From NCBI RefSeq assembly GCF_009914755.1, contig NC_060942.1: a stretch of DNA of 64,000 bases; one strand, written 5' to 3'. Under the pieces are notes generated by a model that was not told the origin of the DNA, searched no databases, and saw only the letters and a program-made list of their open reading frames with translations. This document shows, piece after piece, positions 34,677 to 48,596 of this stretch (the first letter of the stretch is position 1; each line of letters opens with the position of its first letter). Source of the stretch: the human T2T-CHM13v2.0 reference genome, Homo sapiens. The translations under genes and the position numbers were made by a program.

Positions 34677-37637
34677 AAAGATAAATGAAATGAAAAGCTG
34701 GTTCTTTGAAAAGATAAATAAAATTGATAGACTGTTAGCAAGATTAACCAAGAAAAGAAGAGAGAAAATCTAAATAATCTCAATAAGAAATGAAATGGGA
34801 GACATTACAACTGACACTGCAGAAATACAAAAGATCATTCAAGGCTACTATAAACACCTTTATACATATAAACTAGAAAACCTAGAAGAGACGGATAAAT
34901 TCCTGGAAAAATACAATCTTCCTGGCTTAAATCGGGAGGAATTAGATACCCTAAACAGACCAATAATAAGCAGCAAGATTGAAATGGTAATTTAAAAATT
35001 ACCAACAAAAAAAGGCCAGAACCAGATGGATTCAGAGCAGAATTCTACCAGACATTCAAAGAAGAATTGGTAGCAATCCTATTTACACTATGCCACAAGA
35101 TAGAGAAAGAGGGAACCCTCCCTAATACATTCTATGAAGCCAGCATCACCCTAATACCAAAACCAGGAAAGGACATGACCAAAAAAGAAAACTACAGGCC
35201 AATATCCCTGATGAACATAGATGCTAATATCCTTAACAAAATACTAGATAACTGAATCCAACAACATATCAAAAAGATAATCAACCATGATCAAGTGGGT
35301 TTCATACCAGGGATGCAGGGATGGTTTAACATATGCAAGTCAATAAATGTGATACACCACATAAACAGAATTAAAAACAAAAATCACGTGATCATCTCAA
35401 TAGCTGCAGGAAAAGTATTTGACAAAATTCAGCATTGCCTTATGATTAAAACTCTCAGCAAAATCGGCATACAAGGGACATACCTTAATGTAATAAAAGC
35501 CATCTATGACAAACCCACAGCAAACATAATACTGAATGGGGAAAAGTTGAAAGCATTCCCTCTGAGAACTGGAACAAGACAAGTATATCCACTCTCACCA
35601 CTCCTCTTCAACATAGTACTGGAAGTCCTAGCCAGAGAATTCAGACAAGAGAAAGAAATAAAAGGCAAAGGGCATGCAAATTGGTAAAGAGGAAGTCAAA
35701 CTGTCCCTGTTTGCTGACTATATGATTGTTTACCTTGAAAACTCTAAAGACTCCTCCAGAAATCTCCTATAACTGAATTCAGCAAAGTTTCCAGATACAA
35801 GATTAAGGTACACAAATCAGTAGCTCTCCTATACAACAGTAGCAAGCAAGTGGAGAATCAAATCAAGAACTCAACCCCTTTTATAATAGCTGCAAAAAAA
35901 TAAATAAAATACTTAGGAATATACCTAACGAAGGAGGCAAAAGACCTCTACGAGGAAAACTACAAAATAATGTTGAAAGAAATCATGGACGACACAAACA
36001 AATAGAAACACATCCCATGCTCATGAATGGGTAGAATCAATGTTGTGAAAATGACCATACTGCCAAAAGCAATCTACAAATTCAATGCAATCCCATCAAA
36101 ATACCACCATCATTCTTAATAGAATTAGAAAAAAGCAATTCTAAAATCCATATGGAACCATAAAAAAAACCTGCATAGCCAAAGCAAGACTAAGCAAAAA
36201 GGACAAATCTGGAGGCATCACACTACTTGATTTCAAACTACACTATAAGGCCATAGTCACCAAAACAGCATAGCACTGGTATAAAAATAGGCACAGAGAC
36301 CAATGGAACAGAATACAGAACCCAGAAATAAGCCCAAATACAGCCAACTGATCTTCGACAAAGCAAACAAAAACATAAAGTGGGGAAAGGACACCCTTTT
36401 CAATAAATGGTGCTGGGATAATTAGCTAGCCACATGGAGGAGAATGAAACTGGATCCTCATCTCTCACTTTACATAAAAATCAACTCAAGATGGATTAAG
36501 GACTTAAATCTAAGACCTGAAACTATAAACACTGGAAGATAACATTGGAAAACCCCTTCTAGACATTGGCTTAGGCAAGGATTTCATGACCAAGAGCCCA
36601 AAAGAAATGCAACAAAAACAAAGATAGATAGCTGAGACTTAATTAAACTAAAGAGCTTAGTCAGCAGAGTAAACAGACAACCCACAGAGTGGGAGAAAAT
36701 CTTCATAATCTATACATCTGACAAAGGACTAATATCCAGAATCTGCAATGTACTCAAACAAATCAGCAAGAAAAAAAACAAACGATCCCATCAAAAAGTA
36801 GGCTAAGGACATGAATAGACAATTCTCAAGAGAAGATATACAAATGGCCAACAAACATATGAAAAAATGCTCAACATCACTAACAATCAGGGAAATGCAA
36901 ATCAAAACCACAATGCGATATCACCTTACTCCTGCAAAAATGGCCATAATCAAAAAATCAAAAAACAGTAGATGTTGGCATGGATGTGGTGATCAGGGAA
37001 CACTTCTACACTGCTGGTGGGAATGTAAACTAGTACAGCCACTATGGAAAACAGTGTGGAGAATCCTTAAAGAACTAAAACTAGAACTACTATTTGATCC
37101 AGCAGTCCCACTACTGGATATCTACCAGAGGAAAAGAAGTCTTTATATAAAAAATACACTTGCACATGCATGTTTATAGCAGCACAATTCACAATTGCAA
37201 AATCATGGAACCAACCCAAATGCCCATCAATCAACAAGTGGATAAAGAAGCTGTGGTATATATATAACAAGGAATACCACTCAGTCATAAAAAGGAATGA
37301 ATTAACAGCATTTGCAGTGACTTAGATGATATTAGAGACTACTAAATGAAGTAACTCAAGAATGGACAACCAAATATTGTATGTTCTCATTGATACGTAG
37401 GAACTAGGCTATGAGGACGCAAAAGCATAAGAATGATACAACGGACTTAGGGGATTTGGGGGGAAGAGTGGGGGGAGCAAAAGATAAAAGACTACAAATA
37501 GGGTGCAGTGTATACTGCTCGGGTGAGGAGTGCACCAAAATCTCACAAATCACCACTAAAGAACTTACTCATCTAATCAAACACCACCTGTACCCCAAAA
37601 ACCTATGGAAAAATTTAAAAAATTAAAATTGAAAAAA
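34677..37637 (+). mobile_element. L1PB1-like LINE-1, 5'-truncated (ORF2 3' part plus 3'UTR)
   Basis: ORF2 motifs ([42 protein letters not shown]); 3'UTR gataaaagactacaaatagggtgcagtgtatactgctcgggtga...aaatcaccactaaagaacttactc. Confidence 0.92.
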
Positions 37638-38355
37638 GTTGAATACAGAAAAAGAAGCTTAGAAAGGAAAGTGAGAAGAAGCAACTGTGGCAGGGACCCT
37701 TAGAGAGAAGAACCTTTCAGGTAGTAGGGTGTCAACAGGGCTGGTAATTTTGACTTGAGTTGGCTTTAAAAATATAGCTACTTACTCATTCCAAATTAGG
37801 GTGAATCATACTGGACATCCAATTTAAGACGTGGCAATCTGAAACAATTGGATATTTCAAACTCTATTGACCTATATTTCTTTTCTTATCTATATGGATA
37901 CTGCCATCTGCTGATAACTGGCATTTTTGAGGGGTCTTTTTTTGTAATTACGACATTGTATTTAAGGTATTGTTGCCCTTGTTCCCTTTGAGGGGTAGAT
38001 TCTTCTCCCAGGTCTCCACATGGCTGGCTCATTTTCATCCTACAGTTTGTAGCTCAAGTGGCAATTCTTCTAAACAGTTATCCCTGATCACTACATCTAA
38101 ACAACTTCTACCCTCTACCCCTAGTTAATATCTATTTCGTCATTTGTTTCACTCATTTAATTTCAGATTTATCATAATTTGTCATTACTTTATGATTTTA
38201 TGTCTTCATTTCTTGCTTGTGTGTCTCTTGTCCCAGAATATAAGCTTCATGAAAGCAGGGACCTTGGTTCTCTTGTTTACCACTGCAATAATAGCACCTA
38301 ATGCCACCTGTCTCTTAGAAAGAGCTTAATTAATGAAAAAAAGAAAAAAAAAAAA
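37638..38355 (+). other. Probable L1 3' transduction (unique DNA, L2 3' fragment, poly-A)
   Basis: Lies between the L1 3' end and a second A-tail (38336-38355); the 13-bp TSD aaaccttgcaaca flanks L1 plus this segment (34664-34676 and 38353-38365). Confidence 0.8.
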
Positions 38356-38699
38356 CCTTGCAACACTCCGTAATACAAATGCTATTGTTATCTTCATTTT
38401 AGGGAACTGAAGTTCAAAGATATGAAACAATTTTGCAAAGTTCACAAAGCTTGAAGAAGTAGAACTGGGATGTAAACTCCGATTACAAGACTCTTGAGCA
38501 AGTAACGATTAGATTATAGCACAGCCCTTATAAGATATTTGTGAAGAAATACAGAGTAACATAGGGTAGCATTTAGGATCACAGGAGATACTGTCCTTTC
38601 GAGTGATGTGATATAAGGGCTGAGGGAAAGCAAAGAAATGGAGAGCTTTAGTAGCCGTTATATGACAGAAATTTTCATTTTTGTGCATTCAGTCTTTTC

Positions 38700-39700
38700 A
38701 GAATATCAGAGCTAGGAAATACAGAAAGAAGTTCCCGTCTTGGTCCCAAACACTCACCCTGTAAATGATATCTAGCCATACCACTGAGAAAGAAATGTTA
38801 CCAGCACCAAAAAGCAAGGCCAAGACTGAGTGAAGCATTCTTTCCATGTATTTGTAGAAATAATAAAATAAATAAATAAAGCATGTAAATTGAATACAAG
38901 TGGGAAAGAACATTTTATGAAAACTCGGAAAATGAAAAGACTTCTGAAAAAATTTATTATAAAAACTGGAATCTAGAAAAATTATCTGGGATTCTCATTT
39001 AAATAGAGAACAATTTAACTTCCATGAGGCCAAAAAAAAAAAAGAAACCACTAAGCGATAAATAATTGAGGACAAAAGTCAACAGGATAAAATTAAAAGT
39101 GATATAGTGATATAGTCAAATAGAAAAGATTTCAGAGGAATTAGAAAAGCAATAACAGAATATAGAACTACACTGGAGGCAAAAAGGAGTGTAATTGACA
39201 CTGCAGAAAATCTATCAGAGATATGGGGGAAAACTTCAGAAGTTCAGAGAAAATTAAATATTCAGAGAAAAATTAAAATGTTAGGAGCAAATATAAAATA
39301 ACATCTTGATAAACATCTACCATGTTCCAAGAAAAACAGTGGAAAGAAATAAACACATGGACCCATCTAGAAATGTATAACCACTAGGATAAAGTTTTAA
39401 ACATTATACATTTATAGGTAGGAAAAAAATCAGTTTACATAGAATAAAAGGCTGGCCTCATACATTTTTCTTCTAAATGCTAAAAAAAAAAAATGAGGTA
39501 ATGATTAATACATTTTGAATATGACAAAGTTGTAAACCAAGAGTATTATACCCAGCCAATTCATCTTTTTGAGTAATGAAAAAGAAAGTCTTGGAGAGGC
39601 AAAAGTGATAGTTTACCTACTTGCCCTTCTTTTAAAATTAGAATTAAAATTAGGAAAACTCAACTCAAGGAAGTCATAATGTAAAAGGACTGGTAGCCCT
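38700..39700 (+). mobile_element. HAL1 or ancient L1 ORF1-like fragment
   Basis: A-rich, with aggctggcctcatacatt and gtaaaccaagagtattatacccagccaa (PRILYPAK-like). Confidence 0.5.
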
Positions 39701-42700
39701 GTGCGGTATTACTTCAGACAACCACACTTGAACCAATGAACCTGCAAGAAAAAAAAAATTCACCTACTTCCATTAAAAAAGACTAGGGGAAATAAATTTT
39801 GTGGTCATATTTAGTGCATAAAAAATGTATATATATTTTTAATTTTAATTCAACACATTTTCTTTAAGGAGCTCATATTATTTAATAGAATATAAATAAA
39901 GAGAAAATAGCATGTTCAGAATTCATCATACTTGAGCTAAAAGAATCAATATCTTTGGCTTTGCTCTGCTGGCATTAAAGCTTTCCAAGTATCTATTTTA
40001 AAGAAGTAGGACACTGTTTCTGGCTGGTTATGTTCTCTGCACACTGACTGTTGTGCTAAGGGGTTGACTAGAAGATCTCCATGGCCCCTATTCAAAAACG
40101 CAATGACTTTTCTGGTTCAGGAAGCTCAGTCAAAGCAGCCCGCCAATCCTGCTGGTCAGCCTTGCCCTGGGATGCAAGTCTTGTCAACTGGGGTACATTT
40201 CAGAAGCTTTCTTTCCCTAATTTTTTAAATAACTTTTTTTAAATCACAAAAGTAGTCCATGCTTGTAACAGAAAATATGGAAAACTCTAAAATATAAAAA
40301 GGAAATTAGAAAATGTCTCATAATCTCATGATTCAGAGTCCTGATTTTTCATTTCCAAGAATTCCAGGAAGCAAGTCATTTAAAGGCAGGACATCACCAC
40401 ATCCTATGGGGCTGCCACAGTTTCCATGGCTTCACTTTGGAAAGGAGACAGACAGACTTAAGCAAGCTGCCTCGCAAGGACTTGAGCACTCCTCATCTGA
40501 GCTGTCCACACACTCCAAGCTCAAATAAAATAAATATGATAACACCCATAGAAGCACTTTATAAACTTCCAAGGATTATACAAATGTTACTTGTAATTAT
40601 TCTCAGGATCAAATGGGTTGGTATACTGACATTGTCATTATTGCACAAGGGGAAATTTGTTTCTGAGGAACATTTTCTCAATTTCCTGCCTTTGAAGGGG
40701 CTGCTGTCATTTCAGCTTTTCTCTGTGTGGCAGGCTACTCTCTGGAACCTCGTCTCCCACAATGATCTGGCAAGGCCCATGGTTGATCCTGGCAGACACA
40801 TACATCATTTCAGGAATCTGCTGCCATATTCATAGGGCTGCACATTTATGTATAGTGTTCAGCTCTGCGTTGACCCCACAAAAGAACACAACTTCAAATG
40901 CTTCACTTTAAGGCACAGAAAATTCAAGAAGACTGGCCTCCCAGAAGAATGCAGCAAGAGCCCAGCATTTTTACAAACATAGGTATTTATGTCTACATGC
41001 TTTCTTATTGTCGTGTGCGTCATTTACCCTGTCAAGATGTGAATGATGTTACAATAGAGCCTTGTGAGAAAGGGATGAAAAGGAAATGTTGCAATTTGTC
41101 AGGGTGCAGGGGTGGAGTTCCCTGTCCTTAATTTCATGTCCCCTAAATCACGGCTGGTGGCCTTGTTGTTCCTTGTCTGGGAACACTCTTCTCTAGGCTT
41201 ACCTAAAACCACTCCTTCCTAATTTTCCAGCCACATAACTGGTCATTTTCTTTCCTGGTCTCCTTACTCATTCCCCCTTCTCTGCTCAACTTTTAAATGT
41301 TGGAGTGATCTCAGTCTACAGCTTCCAGAGAGCCAAGCTCTTGTCTGATGGTTTGCCACTATAGCCTCTCATGACAAGAATAACGTCTGGCACTTAGTAG
41401 CTGCTCACTAAGTATGTTCAAATGAGTGCATGAAGTCATATATGAATTTATGAATTGCTGACAACCTCTCTATTTCAATTGCTGACAACCTCTATATTTC
41501 ATAACACAAAATTTTCTCACACTTCCAAACAATTTATTCTCATGCCCAGAGCTGCCTACCATTGCTAGGTCATTTCATTGAATAAGATTCATGAATGTCT
41601 GCCTGTAGCTTTAGACCCAAGCCCCCCCGCCCTTCCCTTTATGAAGATACCTAAAGTCACATGGCCCATGGATCTCCTGCCTTACAATCAACTCTCATTG
41701 AGGCATCCACCTCTCTCTTCCTTATTCTTTGAAACACTTATAACCAAAAGAATTACAGTATCTAGTCAAGCAGTATTTTCCATCCCTAATCAAGGGAAGC
41801 TGCAATTCATTCCAAATACTTTGACTTTCAGGAAAATGCCCCCAGTATTTCTCCTCTATTAGAAAACTCAAAAACAAACAAAAAACTCTCTGCAGAATGA
41901 GGCCATGTAAAATCACTAGTTTCAGAAACCCATTATTACATGAGGGCAAACTAGGTCATTTTCTGAGCCTCAGTTTCTCCTTTGCTGATGTTGGTGTAAT
42001 AGTATTAGAAAGAATTAGATCAGATAATGCACTAGAAAGGGTCTAGGACCATTCCTGGGACTCAGGACATTGAGAAGATCTGGTTGAATTTGAATCTTTA
42101 CAACCCTTATTGTCAGAGTTCATTTACATTCTCATCTGAGAAACAAACCACAGCCAAATGGATGGTGCAGGAGTGGCCACTGAAAAAGGAGACTTTAAAG
42201 AGGTGGAGGAGGGAAGCTTACTGAAAACTGAAAATAACCACGCAGCCACGTGGTGAAGGCTGACGTGCGTAATAAATTAGTAAATGACTTAGTAGTGCTC
42301 TATCACCCAGCACAGTGTGGAGAGAAGCTGTAGGCTGAGATCACTCTAAACTGTTTGTTCAGCAGCCCATGAACAAGCAGTTTGCAGAGAGCCAGGACTG
42401 AGGAAAACACCTGTAGGAACCTGTGAGTGCCTCCTTGAAGTTGGCACCCCGGGGCACCTTGCTGGCCTCGTCCCAGTCCCTGCCCTTCTCAACCTCAGGG
42501 AATGACAGAAAGTCTTCCACCATCCCTCATGCCCCCGTACCGCACCAGAATCTGGTGACAATGGGCAGAGTGCTGTTGCCAACTTTGTGTCCAAACCACC
42601 AGATGAATGCTGTTTTATACCAATTCACATTTTACTACGACTCTGTAGTGGGGAGAAACTGTCCTGTGTTTCAGATTTTTCAGGAGTGCTAAAAAGAGGG

Positions 42701-43982
42701 GAATACACAACCTAGCAATAACTTATAGATGGAATGATCTGGGAGATTCACAAAAGAACCACCTGGCTTGGGCATTACACCTGAATGCATGCAATTGCCC
42801 AGCTCATAACAATCTTTAAAATTAGTGAATGTGGGTTATCAGCAAGAGAAGAGGACTCTCGCAGACAAGCATAGGTCCCAGTAAAGAATGGCTTTATTTA
42901 GAACCAGTAACCCACAACTTCTTCTGGGGATAGGAACAAAGAGAGAAAATTTTAACTTCCTTCCCACCATTTTCTTTTTTTAAAATGGGGTTTCTATGTA
43001 TCTTTGATGAGCGAGACAATCCTTAAAAGACCAAGCTGTGTTGGATTTGACTATCAGGTGCGCTTAAACTGGAGGCAATCTTAGGCATTGTCAAGTCGTA
43101 ACACTTTTATTTTAGGGTGGAGGAAACTGAGGCCAAGGAAGGATGTGTTATTGTTCCAGCCTAAGGTCTCATAGGTGATCCAAAAAGAGAACCCAGGAAT
43201 CCAAAACCCAGGAATATGACATCATGAATTTTGCTGTATCTGCTCCCTCCTACATAGTTTTACTTAAAAGTCTTGAAGTTGGCATATTTTTTCCTTACAG
43301 AAATTTACTACTATAATGGAAAACCAGTATCACTTGCAATAAATAAAAGGCACCATAAGCATAAACAGAATGAAAGTGATACAATGTTAAGTTCTAAGTA
43401 AGAAGGTTCTGAGATTATGTCCTGTTAAATAGTGATATTATCAAGTGAAATGTCCTTAATACCAGCAGAAGCACTGAAAGAAGATTAGAAAAGCAATGGT
43501 TGTCTCAATACTTGACTCGATGTCATTTAAGGTTGTATTTCCGTATCACCAACCATGTGGTCACACTCTCGGAAGCCTCACACTACCCCTAACACCAGCC
43601 AGTAGCCTTGCCTCCTCCAGGCAGCCTACCAGAATCCCTGGAGAAGTAGCCTTGTCAGTGAATTATGTATGACTTTCTCAGTGGCTACACACTCTTCCCC
43701 TTTACCTTATTTTGAAAATTGAGAACCATTCTTGAATTTTAGGTGAGGATTGCTGAGAATGTGCTCAGATAGTTAGGAACACAATAGGAGAGGAAACTCA
43801 CTAATTATAGCTTACAGAATAAAAACTGAGTCGCCAATTATAATCACTGAGATTGAAGTTCTCATAGAGGAAACATTTAATAACAAGTACCTACTTTGTG
43901 CCAGACAGGACATATGCTTTATCTCATCTATTCTCTCAACAACCTTAGAAAGCAGATATTATTGGCTCCATTTCACACATGA

Positions 43983-44283
<301 letters not shown>

Positions 44284-46687
44284 TGAAATCTTTTATGCCA
44301 ATTCTGGCTGCACATTAAGATTGTCTGGGAGCTTTTTATAATGATCCGTGTCAGAGCTTCACTCACAATGACTCTCAGTAAATTAGTCTGACGTGGAGGC
44401 TTATCATGGTATTTATTTGCAAGCTTCCTGGGTGGTTGTAGTATACATCTGGCATTTAAAAACCCTGGCTTTAAACCATAACCTGTGTTATTATTCCCTT
44501 GTCACTTTTTAAGTTATTTTTAAACTCTGTTTTCCTAAATTTTCTTTATCATTTCCTAGTGAAATTTCAGGGAGCACAAAAGTTCGAATCTATAAGCAAA
44601 TGGGTCACTGCCTGCCCAGTGTTGGGGCACCTCCAGCCTGAGAGTGGGACGTCCTGGACCCCAGCTCTGCTTCTCCTCTGATGTAGCCAGGACCTTAGGC
44701 AAAGCACTCCTCTTTGTTTCCTCATCTGCAAAGTGAAGAGCTTGAACTTGGTGATCTTTAAGCTCCCTTCCAGCTCTAAATTTCTGTGATCAGCTTCCAA
44801 ATGCTATGAGCTGGTTGCAAAGCCCTGTGAATGTACAGCCCGTCTGCCTTTCCCATTCTTTCACTTTCTTCTTCCCTCAGCTCCGTTTCTATTTAATGAG
44901 CTTTGGCCTGAGGGAGCCCTGCTTGTCCTTCCCCAGTCCTCTAAGCTGCTCCTAGGGCCCTAGCTTATTTCTTACCATGGGAGCTTTTGTTATTACAAAT
45001 TTTCTTCTACTTTTTTTTACCCAACTTTAGTTCCCTTCAGTCCATAGGGACCCTTCATATACCCAAGTGTCCTTCCACAGATTTTAATTAAACACAATCA
45101 TCTTCTTAATCACTTTGGCTCTTCCCAAAGTGGGGGCCAGGGCTCAGAGGGTAGGGGTGGAGAGAAGAGGAGAAGTTCATTAAGTTCATTACCAGATAAA
45201 TGTTGTTACCATAGTCACCCCAAAAGGAGACAAGGGAGTTAAAATTCAAGTGTTTGCATGTGTACTCATGTGCATATCCAAATTTTAAGATTCTTTCAGT
45301 ATCTCTCTTCCAGATCCATTTTCTCCTACAAAATATTAAACATAGAAGAATACTTTTCAGAATATGGATCATTTCCCTTCATAGAATTCTTCTTCTTGTG
45401 CTTGTGCATTCATTAGTTTGTTTCTTAAGACATACAGGTCTCAGGATTCATCACCACAAAGCAATTTAGAAAAACTCAAAACGCAGGATACTCCTTGCCC
45501 CTGTCCCTATGTTATACAGTTAAATCTAAGTCTAAGCCAATGCAAAGCTGTGAACCATGGGCCACTCCCTTCCAATGGACTTCTACTCGTGGGGTACACT
45601 TTGTCTGAGCATGGACTTGCCAGCCTTTCCCCACGAGCCCCAAATTTCCCTGAATTGCAACAGGCCCTGAAACATTTGTAACACTAAATCTGAGGCTGAT
45701 TATTCCATGATGATACTCAGAATTTTCTAGGGCATGACAGACTTTATGAAGCGTTTGAACAGCTCCATGTCCCACAGGAAGAAAGACAATTTCCAGGCTG
45801 TGCCAGGATGGAGTGTGGGGAGCATCCGACAGTTTTTCTGAAGGGAACAATTCTGTTGATTGGAACAGTATTTTGCAAAAGCCTACTTAGTTTTCATAGG
45901 TTGCAGCTTTTTAAAATCTCCTAACATCAGTTTTATATTTATCCTTGTTGTCGCTTTTTTTAAGTGGAACTAATAATCAAGCCTTTTAGGGCAAGTTTAT
46001 TGTTTTGGATACAACTGTTCCCCATCCAACTCCACACAACTACCTTCCCACTGTTAGGTGGGAAGAAAAGTTTTCAGTTCCTTTCATTATTCCTCCTTTG
46101 TCATAAAACCATTGGTGTGTTTCTGATTTCCAGAAAGAAAAGAGAGCATGTTTATGATTTTGCCTTTATTTTTAGAGACGTTCTTCAATTCCTCTTCTAA
46201 CAGTGTATATTGTTACAGCAATCACAAGTTCTAATTTATTTATTGTTAAAATGCTAATTATGCATTTGCCTTGTTTTTATTGAAACTAAAGAAGTAAAAA
46301 GTTAACTCAGAACGTTTCTGAACATCCAGTTGGGCTCCAAATGTACATCAAGTCTTTCCGGGAAGCAGGACAGAGAAGGCTTGTTGGGATTTCGGATCCA
46401 GTGAGTCACTTTTAGATGAGGTTGCTCTCCATTTTAGCAGTGAGGCAGCATCAGACTTATTCTGGTGGCTGTTTTAAGTGACAAACTGGAACCACAGATC
46501 CCATATGAATCACAGGGAGAGCACGAGCCCCTAAATTATGTTCCGACTTCATGTGGACAATGGCTAACAGTGCCATTTGTGAAAGTATAGGAAGTCACTG
46601 GTCAGCAATGCATGTGATGCAAGTGGCTCCGGAAGATCCCCCCAGGATCCATGTCACTAACTGTGTATAACAAAAAGTCACTATTGA

Positions 46688-46994
<307 letters not shown>

Positions 46995-46999
46995 TCAGA

Positions 47000-47460
47000 A
47001 CACATTAGAATGTCAGAGCTAAATGGAACTTGGACACCACTCAGCCCTAATCCCCACCTTACATTTGAGGAAACTGAGGCCTTGAAGTGGGAAATGACTT
47101 AGTCACAAGCACTAAACTTAGCAAGTTAATGACAGAGTCAGGATTACAACCCTGGTCTTCTGACTCTAAAACCAGTGCTCTTTCCAAAAGTGAGCCCCAA
47201 AGTTTCATCTACATGTAGCAGCAGAGGGTTCTCCATTCTGCACCTGCAGCTCTAGGAGGATGAAAAAGGTCCCCATTTATTAGTCGTTGACCACATACCT
47301 GGTTCTGTGCTAAGTGCTTCAGCCACATTATCTCATTTCATTCTCATAACAACCCTTTGAGATAGGTATTATTACAGATAATTCAACTATAGCAGATCCA
47401 GAATTCTGTCTGGGCTCTTCTGTCTCCATAGCCCTTGGTCTAACCCACTGCCTTAGTCTC
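47000..47460 (-). mobile_element. MIR fragments
   Basis: tgaggaaactgaggc...tgactt...ctctttcca and tgtgctaagtgctt...ctcatttcattctcataacaaccct. Confidence 0.6.
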
Positions 47461-47559
47461 TTCTACTGCTTCTGTCAGCAACTTCCACATCTACAGGCTC
47501 TGGACAGACACTGACCATGATCTTCTTCCCTGACCACAGAAATCCGACAGAGAGTTCAG

Positions 47560-48127
47560 GTAGCAAGCAGATATCCCCAGATCCCAGAAAAGGTGGGCCT
47601 TTCCCAGTGTCAGGGAGTAAATTATGACTGCTCTAACAATTCATAATAATCCCATTCCCCTGGCCCAGTGACTGGTGTAGGGTGATGTGTGATCCCATTA
47701 TGGCCAATAAGAAATAAAGGAGAGAATTCTCAAGGCTCCCCTGACTGTCTAAAAAGATGGAGTTTCAGAAGATAAGATTTTTAGCCTTTGGCTCTCAGTT
47801 TCTGTGTAGGATACTGGCATGAGCATGAGACGCCTGGAGCTGAGGAAGCCACATTGCAAACATGAGGTGATAACCATGAGGGAAAACAAAACAAAACAAA
47901 ACAAAAAAAACCCACAAAGCAAAAACAATAAAACAAATAAAAAACAATACACTGAGGATGGAGTGACAAGGCTTTGAAAAATTTGAGACATTGCTGAGCC
48001 ATTGCACCAACCTAACAGTGCCTACCTGCATATTTCTTGTTATTTTCAAAAGTTAAATACTTATTGCCTAGGATACTGTTAGTCAGATTTTCTGTTCCTG
48101 GAAGCTAGAAGCATTCCTAACTGATAC
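47560..48127 (+). mobile_element. MLT1 (J/K-like) MaLR LTR
   Basis: tggccaataagaaataaagg...cctggagctgaggaagccacattg...gcattcctaactgatac. Confidence 0.6.
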
Positions 48128-48316
48128 GAGCTGTTAGTTCAGAGATGTGTCACTTGAGGGTAGCTGCCCAACCCTCTGCCTCACCTTCTTTGTCAAATGT
48201 GTACTAGTTGGAGTTATACCAAGATTTTGTAATGGATTTTATGCTCAGTATCATTTAACATACATCTGAAAGCATTTGCCATAGATTCATCTACTCTCAT
48301 TTGGAGTATGGATTTT

Positions 48317-48596
48317 AAAAAAATTTTTATTGATATATAATCATTATACACATTTTGGGAGTACATGTGACATTTTGATACATGTATACAATGTGTGATG
48401 GTTATATCAGGGGAATTGGGATATCCACTGCCTCAAATATTTATCTTTTCTTTGTGTTGGGAACACTACAATTCTTCTGTTCTAGCTATTTTGAAATATA
48501 TAATAAATGATTGTTTAGTACACCTTCCTTACTGAACTATCGAATACTAGAACTTATTCCTAATATCTAACTGTATTTTTGTACCCATTAACTAGA
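48317..48596 (-). mobile_element. L1MA 3' end fragment
   Basis: tacatgtgacattttgatacatgtatacaatgtgt...tctagctattttgaaatata; TSD agtatggatttt (48305-48316 and 48597-48608). Confidence 0.85.
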
